This document shows, piece by piece, positions 51,851-63,398 of a stretch of 64,000 nucleotides of DNA. How positions within the stretch are numbered: the stretch's first letter is position 1; every line of letters begins with the position of its first letter. The position numbers and the translations under genes are program-made. This DNA comes from Oopsacas minuta (lineage: Eukaryota; Animalia; Porifera): contig JAKMXF010000007.1 of the NCBI GenBank assembly GCA_024704765.1, positions 61,581-125,580 of the forward strand, read 5' to 3'. Below the pieces are notes generated by a model, which made no database searches, was not told where the DNA came from, and saw only the letters and a list, made by a program, of their open reading frames with translations.

Positions 51851-52249
51851 TAATGTTGAGGGTAAGATGCGATCGAATTGGAGCTGACATTTTAGTTTGT
51901 AATTTGAGTTAAATATTGCAGTGAATTCATATTTGAGCACGCACTCTTTCAAATTAACCCTTAGATATGCAACATATCTATATTTACGTACAACTACATT
52001 TATCTAGGTTTTAGTTTAAGGTTAATAAATTGGATCTATATTCTTGGCAACATATTTTGCTACATAAAAAACAACTTAATAAATAGTGAATTAACCCTTG
52101 TGAAAGTGTTCAGATTATTGAGTGACTGGATGTACTGTAGCGGTTACAATTCGGATTATAAGTGATACCTAGTACACTATGACTATATTGATGTATATAT
52201 TACCAACATTCTAAGAAAATATTTACTATGATGAAGTTTACAGATAATG

Positions 52250-53120
52250 ATTTATATTACTGGATATAAATCTCTAATTCCTCTTAGAATATATCCAAAA
52301 ATATTTTTCTTATGTCTTCTCCGCCAACAAGCCTCTATGAGATGGGTCTCAAGTAATTCAGGATTTGTTGTCTGTTCTCTTGTCTGCCTCTTTTTTACAC
52401 CTCCCCAACTCCCTTCTATCTTCTGGGTGTGTACATGAGCCGGGTCTACGAAATTCTCGGAATGGTTAACTGTGTAATAGGTATATCCAGAGTGACTTAA
52501 TATATTGGTAGGAAGCCCACTCATCATAATAAATTATTGTTTGTGGGTGAATGAACCTTTGGATAATTGGCAGAATAGTGGCTGTTGAGCGATCAGGTAC
52601 AGTAACCATAATTATATCATCTGTATCCCTCTCAACCATCCCGAATACCCACTGGCCAGTTAACAGTCTGCCTCTATTATATTTTCGTTTGCCGAATTTG
52701 GATTCGTCTATCTCAACGATCTTGCCAGGACCTCCAATGGGTTGAGGGTTCGTTAATATTTCTTCCAAACATATATCCTCATATAATTCTTCCAATCAAC
52801 CACTGTGTTCGGACTCCATCCCAAATGCTTCTCCAAAATGCATGCGATTGCAAGTCCTCACTCCAATAGTACAGGAACTTGAACATCAATGGGAGTGGAA
52901 TTTTGGATGGTGTGAAGAAGGACCCATGGCGGATCGAACACTTTCGTCTACATGGACTACATCTCCATTCATAGCCATGCTGAAAGTGAGAAGAATATAT
53001 TTCATACATTTCTACTCCACAACGACACCGCATTCGACACGCTAATAAGCCACACGTTCTTAACCAATTTCTGACATTATCACAGGACTGTGCAAGGATA
53101 ATAATGTCATCAATAATCAA
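52250..53120 (-). mobile_element. Merlin (IS1016/ISXO2-like) transposase, frameshifted
   Basis: N-terminal CxC..WRC..C..SIRHGSFF, GGPGKIVEIDESKFGKRKYNRG, WVFGMVER, IYYDEWASY, TVNHSENFVDP, HTQKIEGSWG. Element ends not resolved. Confidence 0.85.
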
Positions 53121-53859
53121 ATCATGCGGGATTTCACTGAAGACAGTGGGCAGTGTTCCCCTAAGCCAAGTTATGGGTCACATTTGGTCGGCCGAAAACT
53201 ATCTAATTGCGGAAAAGTTCCTGCTGGAGATTATGACACTTTTCAGAACATACAAATGAAACCCAACATCACTGTAAAATTAGCATTGAGTGTAGAAAAT
53301 AAAATTCGAAAGAATATAATAAACCAGTACTCCACAGGGAAAATCGCACAAACTTTAGATTATGATTGGCTATAGGAAATTTTAAAATATTCATTTTGAT
53401 CGGCTGCAGATCCGAATTGACCGGCCGTCGAAATGCCAAATTGGCGTTTTGGGCGGCCAGCCGGCCGGTCAAAACGCTTAGGAGGAACACTGATAGTGGG
53501 CTCAAGTATTGGCTGAAAATCCATTAGTTGTAGTATCAATACGTAGAATATTATATGTGTAACAATTACTTCTTTTATATCAGTCGGCCCATCGACGTAA
53601 CACAATTGCTAAAAGGAATGCCACAATTCTGTGCCATCTTAATTTGAAATAACCACATTTCTGACAAGACTATTTTGTTTTTTCATTAATACTACTTATT
53701 TGTTTTACTATTGAAAATGTTGCATTCCTATTACAATGTTGGATAATCATACACTACTTTGCAATCATACGGATAGTTAATGTATTTAGAGTATTAGTCT
53801 TCATGTGTATTCTAAAAGTGGCTACATTAATCATAAACTTTGTCTAGTAGTTTCATGAC

Positions 53860-55208
53860 TAGGGTTTACAATCCGGGATTTCGGGATTTCGGATTTTTTA
53901 ATCCTGGGATTCTGGGATTCCGGGACTGACATTTTTCTAATCCCGGGATTTCGGGATTAGGTAAAGAATACCCAATAGTCTTGAATCTAACGGGGTTTTA
54001 TAATGTTATTATTTGTTATTATTTCTAATTAGGCAGAGAATATCTAAACTCTTGTCGCTGAGTGAACTTCTAAATTTGTTGCAAAGGTATGCACATGATG
54101 AGAAAATCCTTTCCGCTTCTACAGAAGTAGGCTGTATTGTAAGCAGCATACGATAAACCTTTTCTAGTAAGATACTCCTTTCTCCTGTTTGTTCAGCAAT
54201 GTTTAATTCATGCTTCAGAGAAGATGGTAGAGATTCATCAGATGGTTGTTGCTTTTGGGATACTTGAAGCGAAGCATCGATTGCTAATTGTAATTTCATT
54301 GCCACCGGAAGAGTGTTTGCCTCCTGACTTGCTGAATTTGTAGTAGGTATCATATCATCTACCTCATTTACGTATGTAACTTCATGTGTAGCTACTCTAG
54401 ATAGTAGCGAGTAACAGAATGTCCTACAATTCCTTTTTTTTTAAAGCTTGGCCATCGGGTTGTGTAGATATGTCATTATTACCGAAGCCTCTATGTAGCG
54501 TTCTTGAACACTCCTCTGATTAATAGCATCAATGATTCTAATATTGTATTCTGTAGCAGGATAGGTTTGAATTTCTTCAAATAAAAATTTTATCGTTGCC
54601 TCAGCAATAATGAGATTTGCCTGACGTCTGCACAATGCCTCCACTGCTAACTTAATCGGGCCCAAAGTTTGTGCGATATTATTAATTTGTTGAAACTCCT
54701 CGTCGTTTAACTTAATGTCAATATCTAGGTCAAGTAAAGCCTTATGAATTGGTATCCTTAACTTAACGATTCTCTCTAGTATGTTCAATAGAGTGCTCCA
54801 ACGAGTTCTACAATCAAGTATCAGCTGCAATCCATTAGGGTGTTTCTCTTTTACATAAGTCTGTAAAATTTCATTCTTGAGTGGAGACCTCTTGAAGAGT
54901 TTTACAACTCGACGAACTTTATTAACTACGTCACTGACGCTAGCATTTACAAGCAAGGGATCGTCTTGGTCCATTATAGCTAATCCATCTGTATCTTCCA
55001 ATTCAGACTATATTTCATCTTCTGTATCAGATTCATCAGTTTCAATTGAATAATTAGAATTTATCTCAGATAGTGTGGTTTGTTTCTGATAAAATATATC
55101 ATGGATTACCAACTGAAGGCCATGGGCATAGCACAATTGATGAATTGTTGGTAATAATCGTCTAACTTTCTTCATCATTGAACAGCCATCAGTGGTAATA
55201 GCAATAAT
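53860..55208 (-). mobile_element. hAT transposon 3' half (truncated)
   Basis: TIR TAGGGTTTACAATCC with CGGGATT subterminal repeats. ITTDGCSMMKKV, CYAHGLQL, DCRTRWST, PTSVEAERIFS; truncated at 55208. Confidence 0.85.
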
Positions 55209-56602
55209 GGAAGTCCGACAAAACGTTCCACGACATTTCGCTCCACTTTTGATTGGCCAATGTTTGTTAATAATTTAACAGGTTTTACATGGCTAAATAA
55301 TATTGCAAATATAATCAATTAATTTGGGATGAATGATTTCAGAAGAATCTAATGTGACAGTATAGATATCGTAAACCTAAACATAGAAGTTCGGTGTTAG
55401 CAAAGTGAGGTAAGATGATTTATAGTAAAGGTAATGAATTTATATCAGGAATGCATACGTAGTAATTAATTCCATTGATGGAAAGATGCGAAATTCATTT
55501 GTATGTTTGCCAGTAAACATGGAAAGTTACCTGTGTAGTTCTATTTAAATGTTGTAACTGTATTATTTTACAGCTTGCATTATCAGCTAAATACTATTTC
55601 CTACATTTTATATTCTTTTAACAACTTGTCATTTTATCAATGGACCCTGATCAGCCCTCCTTCCGGCTGATCAGTACAAACAAGGGAGGAGAAAAGCTAT
55701 TAGAAGGAGGATACGTATACTTGATGCACAGGAGAGTTGGAGAAATGACACATTAGCAGTGTCAGCAGAGGGGAGAGTGTAAAGCAAGGGTTCATACGAG
55801 GGAATGGAGCTAGTGAAGCGTACGAATGAGCATCTGCATGCACCTGATGTGCAGGCAGATGCTCATTCGTACGCTTCACTATCTCCATTCCCTTCGTATG
55901 AACCCTTGCTTTCTCTTTCCCTCTCTCTCCATGCCAATGTGTCAAATCTCCTCTCTCCCACCTCTCTCCTGATTTCCTCCTCATTCCTGACGGTGCAGCT
56001 ACCAATTGAAGTGGACAGTGGTCGAGATGTGGTAGCTGCACCCAAGTAGAACACAATTTAGTTTTTAGTTTCTATTTGTTTCGTTTTGTTTAGTTTTCTG
56101 TTTGTTATTAGATAAATGTTTAATTAATTAATTATATTTCTTGTAAGTTACTTATTAATAATACAAGTAGTCATATTTAAACTGGGAAACTAGGATTTAT
56201 AAAGAGCTTTGGCTCAGTAATCTCGACAAAAGCAATGAAATATAAACTTAAAACATTTCTAATTGGGCCATCTGTACATTGGCTTAATCAGGCCTGGTTT
56301 CCCCTAATAGCGTGATCGTAAACCGCAAGCGAAACTCGCTCGTTTATATAAAATATTGCGAACATAAATAAAGCAAACATTACAAGACGCAGCTTTGTTG
56401 AATCGTATGTGGTTCCGGTGGGCGGTATACATATATAATCAATAAACAATGTTTTTAGTCAAAGGGGCAAAACCAACACAGGGCGTGCTGCACAGCACTT
56501 CGATAATCGTGCACATCTAGATCTCATTGCGAGTATACATACCAAATCTGGTCTTAACCCCTCCAAAGTCCAAAGGTGGAACAAGGAAGTAATTTCAAGT
56601 GA

Positions 56603-56637
<35 letters not shown>

Positions 56638-58799
56638 CAGTAATTTCGGGGTTATCAATATAATTTGGTACTAATAAATGGCTGGAAGTCGGAATTATGG
56701 GGTGTCTGTAATTCTGAAATAAATTAATGTTAATGCCTATTGGAAATTTGGAATCAACCGTGACAAAGAAGCTCAAAGAAGCGGGCTCCGAAAACAGGTT
56801 TTAGCACCCACTGAATCCGCCAGGGTGCTAAAATTGATTGAAACAAATGCAATAAGATCTAGTCAACTGCTCTTGAAGCTATACCAGTGGGGGCGCTGCA
56901 TTAGGTCGAATTCCGTGTGTTGGCATTAGGTCGAATTGAAAATGTATCGAATTTAATATGTATGCATTAGGTCGAATTTTATATGTATGCATTAGGTCGA
57001 ATTTCGTGTGTTGGCATTAGGTCGAATTTCATTGTTTACATTAAGTCGAATTCCAATTGTCTTATTCATTAATTGATTAATTTCTAAATAAATGTGAGAA
57101 TTGAAATTTAATGTGAAATATGAAATGTGTAAAATACTACTTAACCAGGTATTCATTGTAAAATGTATAAGAGATGTTAATTAAGAAAAATTTGAAATTT
57201 GCCTTCAATTATGCCTCTGCACGTTGGACAAGTCTGTTGAACTTGATCAATTGTGTCGCTACACTGTGCAACAATTTGCATGCCTGCAAGGCATGAATAC
57301 CCATGTGCTGCTCCTTGTTTGTAGGCAAACTACGCATTTATTTGTTTCAATACTACCAAAAGATTCAGGCTCCTCTAACATATCAGAATCATCTGAATTA
57401 ATTGTGTCTTCTAATGAAGTAGCATTGCCTATATAGCAACTAATTCTTTCGAGAAATTATATGGGAGAGTAACTCCCACTTAACAGTTTTTCTTTGCAGC
57501 GCTTTCGATGTTCATTATTCATTACGTTCTTCTTTTTGCTTGGTCTCGTTATCTCTCTTCCTTCCTGTATCCGGGCCATTTCATTATCATAGTCAGCAAT
57601 TATATTGTTAATGACAGTCAAGAAATTCCAAATTCTTGGATGGCTTGATTTTATGATGGACTTTAATTTTCCATGATAACTTTCTGCTGCATTGTTTGTT
57701 ACATATTTAAGGTTAAAGATTGACAGTTCTTCAGGACCAATTTTAGTTAGCCACTGCTTCTCAAAATAATTCAAAAATACTTCAAGTTTCTTCATTTGAC
57801 TCTGTTGCAACGTTGGAATTTGAAGAAGGTTGTATGTTGGAAGAATCAATTCAGCTGGAAGAAACGGAATTGCCATAATCTTCTTAACGAATGATGCACA
57901 TTCCGAATTTCCTCGGCAAGTCGAAGCCAAACCATACTTTTGAGTTTTTCTCCAAATAGCTTGCGTATAATGGAACCAGCACCCGTTCACCCTAATTCCT
58001 GGATAAACTCGCTTGACAGCATTCCGAGCTGCTTGTTCCCAATCTGACATTGCGCAATCCGGTTCTAGCTGAGGAACAAGTTCTCGCATCTTCTGTATAA
58101 CTGCCACGTATAGCTCATCATCTTTATTAGTCAGCAAGCAGTGAATGGCTGGAATTGCATGTCTCCCAACTGTAAGAAAAAGAGTCCACAATTGGTAAAA
58201 TTGTTTAGGTACGGTGTAGAATGTCCCGTCAAATTGGATATTGGTAATATCTGCGAGTAGATCGTATAATTTGTCAGAAAAGAAAATGACAGCTATCCGA
58301 CCATCTACAATGACAGTAGCCTTATGATTTACTGCAAAGGTTGTTGTGGGTAGAACTTCACTAAATTCACTAGCAGACTATGGGATCATAGGTTGTAATA
58401 TTTTCCTTGCCCGAAACATTGACGATTCACATTCTTTAAATGTGACTTGAGAAGCAGAGGGATTTGATCTCGTAACATCGTTGAATATGTGTCTCAGATT
58501 GTGTTGCGAGGTTTGAGATGTTGTTTTGCACTTTGTTTTAATTGCATATACTTCAGCACGATAGTCTTGTAACCCATGATTATGTTCTGACTTAGGATAA
58601 ATCAAATTCGTAGCCTTTTCCAATTTCGCACTTCCTTTACAGCCTTTCCTGAATAGTACACATCTTAAGTAGAGAATATTTTCTATAGATTTATGACAGA
58701 AGTATTTGTAGCCATCAGAGGAGGTGTAAACTTTTCCAGTATTACGTTTGTATTGGTCGAATGAATATTCCATGATGCACGTACACAATAATGTACATA

Positions 58800-59832
58800 C
58801 AGTAGAACTCGGTTAAGACGTACTCGGCTTAAGACGTACTCTCGGATAAGACGTACTTGTCTCCAATAACCGAAATTTTCTCCTATCTGATCCATTATAA
58901 ATGATTCGGTTAAGACGTACAATCGGATAAGACGTACTAAATTATTCTTCCCAAAAGGACAAAATGTATTGAATCGTACTCGGTTAATTCGTACTCGGTT
59001 AATTCGTACTCGGTTAATTCGTACTCGGTTAATTCGTACTCGGATAATTCGTACTCGGATAATTCGTACTCGGTTAATACGTACTCGGATAATTCGTACT
59101 CGGTTAATACGTACTCGGTTAATTCGTACTCGGTTAATTCGTACTCGGATAATTCGTACTCGGATAATTCGTACTCGGTTAATACGTACTCGGATAATTC
59201 GTACTCGGATAATTCGTACTCGGTTAATACGTACTCGGTTAATACGTACTCGGTTAATTCGTACTCGGTTAATTCGTACTCGGATAATTCGTACTCGGAT
59301 AATTCGTACTCGGTTAATACGTACTCGGATATTTCGTACTCGGATAATTCGTACTCGGTTAATACGTACTCGGTTAATTCGTACTCGGTTAATTCGTACT
59401 CGGATAATTCGTACTCGGTTAATACGTACTCGGTTAATTCGTACTCGGTTAATTCGTACTCGGTTAATTCGTACTCGGATAATTCGTACTCGGATAATTC
59501 GTACTCGGTTAATACGTACTCGGATAATTCGTACTCGGTTAATACGTACTCGGTTAATTCGTACTCGGTTAATACGTACTCGGTTAAGACGTACTCGGTT
59601 AATTCGTACTCGGTTAATACGTACTCGGTTAATACGTACTCGGATAATTCGTACTCGGATAATTCGTACTCGGATAATTCGTACTCGGTTAATTCGTACT
59701 CGGTTAAGACGTACTTTTGTAGTACCTTTCATTTATGTACTCGGATAAGACGTACCACGGATAAGACGTACCTCGGTTAATACGTACTTTTTATTGTTTC
59801 CCAAGCTAGTACGTCTTAACCGAGTTCTACTG
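58800..59832. mobile_element. Tc1/mariner-pogo-type MITE carrying an expanded minisatellite
   Basis: TA flanks; TIR CAGTAGAACTCGGTTAAGACGTACT at both ends. Confidence 0.9.
58975..59715. repeat. 15-bp minisatellite CGG(T/A)TAAT(T/A)CGTACT, 49 copies
   Basis: Four units per 60-nt line from 58981 to 59715; the unit derives from the MITE TIR motif CTCGGTTAAGACGTA. Confidence 0.98.
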
Positions 59833-60569
59833 TATTATAATCATCATCCAATTTATAATAAATGAACAATAGGAACTGTTAGTATGGATTAAACACCAAA
59901 ATTGTTATTATTAGTAACAAAGTAAAACATTTGAACGAAACCTACTACATGCAACTAGAATTCGACCTAATGCCAACACACGAAATTCGACCTAATGCAT
60001 ACATAGTAAATTCGACCTAATGCCAACACACGGAATTCGACCTAATGCAGGCACCCCATACCAGTTTGTAATAACTACTACGTAATTATATCTGTCATCC
60101 TCTAATAATAAACTATGTATATTTTCGACTACAATCTAAATGAATCTATAAAAGCTACTTACTTAATTATTTAGCAAATTATACAAAGCCATTGGTAAAC
60201 CAATTTTACTTAAGTTAGGATTAACCAAACGAATTCAGACAAGAAATTAGTTCAATTATTTAGCCATTTAAAACCTGTTAAATAATTAACAAAAATTGAC
60301 CAATCAAAAGTGGAGCGAAATGTCGCTGGAACGTTTTGTCGGACTTCCAAATTTTGGTTTCCCATCCTGAGCTATCTCTTATCCTTAGACTACTCTGACA
60401 ATACAACTAATGTTAGGACGTTTAAGATGGTTGGTTATACTTAGAGGTAGACAGTGAATCCAGGTTTTTAGCTATTTTTCGGGATCGTGTTATATTACCG
60501 GGATAGGGTTGTGAAATGATAGCACCTGTATAGAAAGAAACTACAAATGTATAAATATTCAAACTCATA

Positions 60570-61881
60570 CGAGGGGCACTCGAAAAGTTTTGCCGTTTGA
60601 TATGAAACCATTAATCTGTCGGATATTTTTCCGCATTCATCTTTTCAGACATATTTTATTACTCTACTTTGAAACTTTATTCATTTATCTCTTCTACTTT
60701 CATAAATTAGATAATTTTAGTATACATGGCTTCTAAAATATCTCAATCTAAATCAGATCTCACAAAACGTGATTTTCGAGCAATGATTTTGATCTTATTC
60801 AAACTACAGAAGACAAGAGTAGAAATCTATGAATCTTTACAAGAACATTTCCCGGATCTAGCTCCTTCTCTAAGTACAGTTGAAAGATGGTACAGGGAAT
60901 TTATTCACGGAAACTTTGTTCTTGAAGATGCCCCTCGTTCAGGAAGACCGAATATTTCACATAATGAAGAAAATGTTAACGAAATGCTAGATCTAATTAC
61001 TAAAGATCCTCATATTACGTACGCTCAGTTAGAGTATGAAACCGAGTTATCATCGGGGACAATTAATATCATTTTGCACAACAAAGAGCTTTGTGTCAGG
61101 AAGTTGTGTGCCCGATGGATCCCCCATTCTTTGAACTTACAGCAAAAAATATCCCGCATAGACTTTTGCAAAAATATGCTCAAAAGGTTTGCTAATAGAA
61201 GTTCAAGAGCTGTTTCTGAGATCCTTACAGGTGATGAGACATGGATATACCATTATGATCCAGAAACAAAGCGAATGTCAAAGGAGTGGGTTGAAGAAGA
61301 TGCCCCACCTCCAACCAAAGTGCGGAGGGCTAGATCTGTTGAGAAACAAATGTGGGTGATTTTTTTCAGATCTAGTGGGTTTGTCGAAGCTGTTGCTCTC
61401 GAGGATAGAAAGACTGTTACTGCCGACTGGTACACTAGAGTGTGCCTACCCAAAGTCATCACAGCAATTGAGTCACAGCGGGAGAAGACAGGCATTAGAG
61501 GAATTCTTCATCATCATGATAATGCATCATCGCATACGGCATTCAGAACTCGTGAGTTTTTGGAAAATTCTGGACTCAAAACATTACCTCACCCACCCTA
61601 CAGTTCTGATTTAGCCCCTTGTGACTTCTGGTTGTTCCCTAGACTCAAAGATCAATTACGTGGGAGGAGATTTTCGACTAATGAGGAGTTGAGAGGGGCA
61701 CTTTTCCAAGCGATCGGAGACATACCCAAAGAAGAGTGGAAAAAATGTTTTGATAATTGGTTTACCAGAATGAAAAAATGCATAGATTGTCAGGGAGAGT
61801 ATTTTGAAAAAATATAATAGTCAATTTTATTATTACTATCTGATATGTCGGTCAACGTCAAAACTTTTCGAGTGCCCTTCG
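60570..61881 (+). mobile_element. Complete mariner (DD34D) element, 1312 bp
   Basis: TA flanks; TIR CGA(G/A)GGGCACTCGAAAAGTTTTG at both ends. Confidence 0.95.
60726..61817 (+). CDS. Mariner transposase, intact 363-aa ORF
   Basis: HTH region, WIPHSL (WVPHEL motif), TGDETW, HDNA-(34 aa)-D with YSSDLAPCD. Confidence 0.95.
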   Translation: MASKISQSKSDLTKRDFRAMILILFKLQKTRVEIYESLQEHFPDLAPSLSTVERWYREFIHGNFVLEDAPRSGRPNISHNEENVNEMLDLITKDPHITYAQLEYETELSSGTINIILHNKELCVRKLCARWIPHSLNLQQKISRIDFCKNMLKRFANRSSRAVSEILTGDETWIYHYDPETKRMSKEWVEEDAPPPTKVRRARSVEKQMWVIFFRSSGFVEAVALEDRKTVTADWYTRVCLPKVITAIESQREKTGIRGILHHHDNASSHTAFRTREFLENSGLKTLPHPPYSSDLAPCDFWLFPRLKDQLRGRRFSTNEELRGALFQAIGDIPKEEWKKCFDNWFTRMKKCIDCQGEYFEKI

Positions 61882-63038
61882 TATTTATGGTTAAAATATA
61901 TAATTTTACCCTTCACCGTTACTTATCACTTATTTCATTGCACTAGTAGTTTGAATTACAAACACTCTTATAGAACGAACCCCATTTCTACTTTTAATAT
62001 CCCGAATAATTTGACAGCCTAGATTCGATCCGGTCAGGGCTGAAAATCTTAAACCGGTCTATCACTAGCTGTTCTGATCTTTTTTATGCACAAATTTGTG
62101 GATAATATAATACAATAATAAATATCTAAGTACGTAATTGATTTGGAGTTGGAGGCAATTAGAAGGATACATATTGTGATCACGGGGCCTTCTTCCTATT
62201 GTTAACTACCCTACCCTACCCCTGGGCACCTATGGGGAGTGCACGTGCCCCCTGTGCCCTATGCAAGCTATGCACATGGGCTTCACCGCTGAACCCACTG
62301 GTCGACATACATTCGGCGCCCCAGACCCTCAGCTGAATGAATATTTCCTGGTCTTGCCCTCATAGGAGCAGTGTTATGCTAGGAGGTTGGAAAATATTTC
62401 AAAATGAATAAGTGGGGGCAGTTTATTCGATATATTAGATCACCGGTGAAAAAACCTGTGTCCTAACTAACCTTAAAACAATATTGCAGTCTATCGGAGG
62501 GAGATCGACAGATTGTAGTAAATTGGAATAGGTCTATATGGCCATGGGGTCTACGGGTGATAGAGGTTCCAAACCGCTGCATTAGTTTATTGTATGACCG
62601 CATCTCCGAGGGTGTAACACATAATGAAAGAAACTACTCACCTTCAGCTTGAATTAAGACAAGAAATATTTAGTGATATTTTTAGTAAAGTAAAAGAGAA
62701 TAATAGTAACAAAAATTATAACAAATCAAAATAACAAAGTTCTATAAGTGCTCCAATACGTATAGTAATGTGATACTACTGTTTTCTCTTATGCATATTC
62801 AGATAATTACAAGTTTTGTGTCAGACATGGTTTGCCTAATTTCGGTATGTGTTAAAATCTCCAATACGATACGAAATTGTGAAAATTACGCGATATACAA
62901 ATTTCGTTCAGTTTACTCGAAATATTGAGAAATATCGATAATATTTGGAATATTGAAAATTACAGAAATTCCTGACAAGTAGGGAAGAATTACGAAAATT
63001 CCATAAATAAAATTCTCCACGAATAAACAAGGTTTGAA

Positions 63039-63190
63039 CCGGTGTAGCAGTTCAAATTTACCCCCCGCCAGAATATACCCGGGTATAAAGTAGGCTAGGC
63101 TGGTTTATACCTCGGGGCTTAATCTAGGCTAGCACAGACTATACCCGCGGTTAAACTGGGTTGGGAGGTTAATCTAGGCTGTTATACCGG
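63039..63190. mobile_element. 152-bp CCGG-terminated MITE
   Basis: CCGGTGTAGCAG versus rc CCGGTATAACAG; a similar end (rc CCGGTGTCAGAG) at ~6242-6253. Confidence 0.6.
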
Positions 63191-63332
63191 ACGAAACCAA
63201 TATCAGATTCCATGAATAGCATGGATTTGATCCACCCTATATAGATACAAATATTCGGTTCATAGTTTCATACATTCCGTCCAACGCCTATAAGAAACCC
63301 TGCAATATAAACTATTGAATTTTTAATTACCC

Positions 63333-63398
63333 GATTCTCCTACATAATAACTTATATTTCATATTAGCCTACTGAGGATATGTCAAGCTTAGAACTGA
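63333..63398 (+). pseudogene. SLCO: 5' end of a second SLCO copy (ATG at 63380, MSSLEL), interrupted by a MITE
   Basis: ATTCTCCTACATAAT...ATATTAGCCTACTGAGGATATGTCAAGCTTAGAA closely matches the reverse complement of 45727-45790 (SLCO leader plus first codons). Confidence 0.7.

Larger units (their letters stand above)
56889..60057 (-). mobile_element. MULE transposon; FLYWCH+MULE transposase 58773-57250 with a premature stop at 58378 and a degraded C-terminus
   Basis: 8-bp TSD ATACCAGT; long TIRs built of CATTAGGTCGAATT repeats. LYLRC..C..EHNH, IQFDGTFYTVP, AMSDWEQAARNA, GCWFHYTQA, TNNAAESYHGKL. Confidence 0.9.
55209..60348. mobile_element. Outer element with ~95-bp TIRs (GGAAGTCCGACAAAACG...), probably MULE-derived, holding nested elements
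   Basis: 55209-55303 is inverted at ~60255-60348; contains FLYWCH-like coding remnants at 55640-56050; no TSD. Confidence 0.65.

Noticed and set aside
56603-56636. (CA)n(TA)n microsatellite
   Set aside because: An ordinary simple repeat; it also explains the VCVCVC in ORF 56459-56776.
56799-56833. 11-bp-stem hairpin as a Helitron 3' end or terminator
   Set aside because: The nearest CTAG is ~25 nt downstream, further than typical; rho-independent terminators do not apply in this context.
58975-59715. CRISPR-like array
   Set aside because: Units are contiguous with no unique spacers, there are no cas genes, and the context is eukaryotic.
58683-59748. Long ORFs on both strands (RINRV / TRLIR repeats)
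   Set aside because: Artefacts of a stop-free 15-bp tandem repeat inside a MITE.
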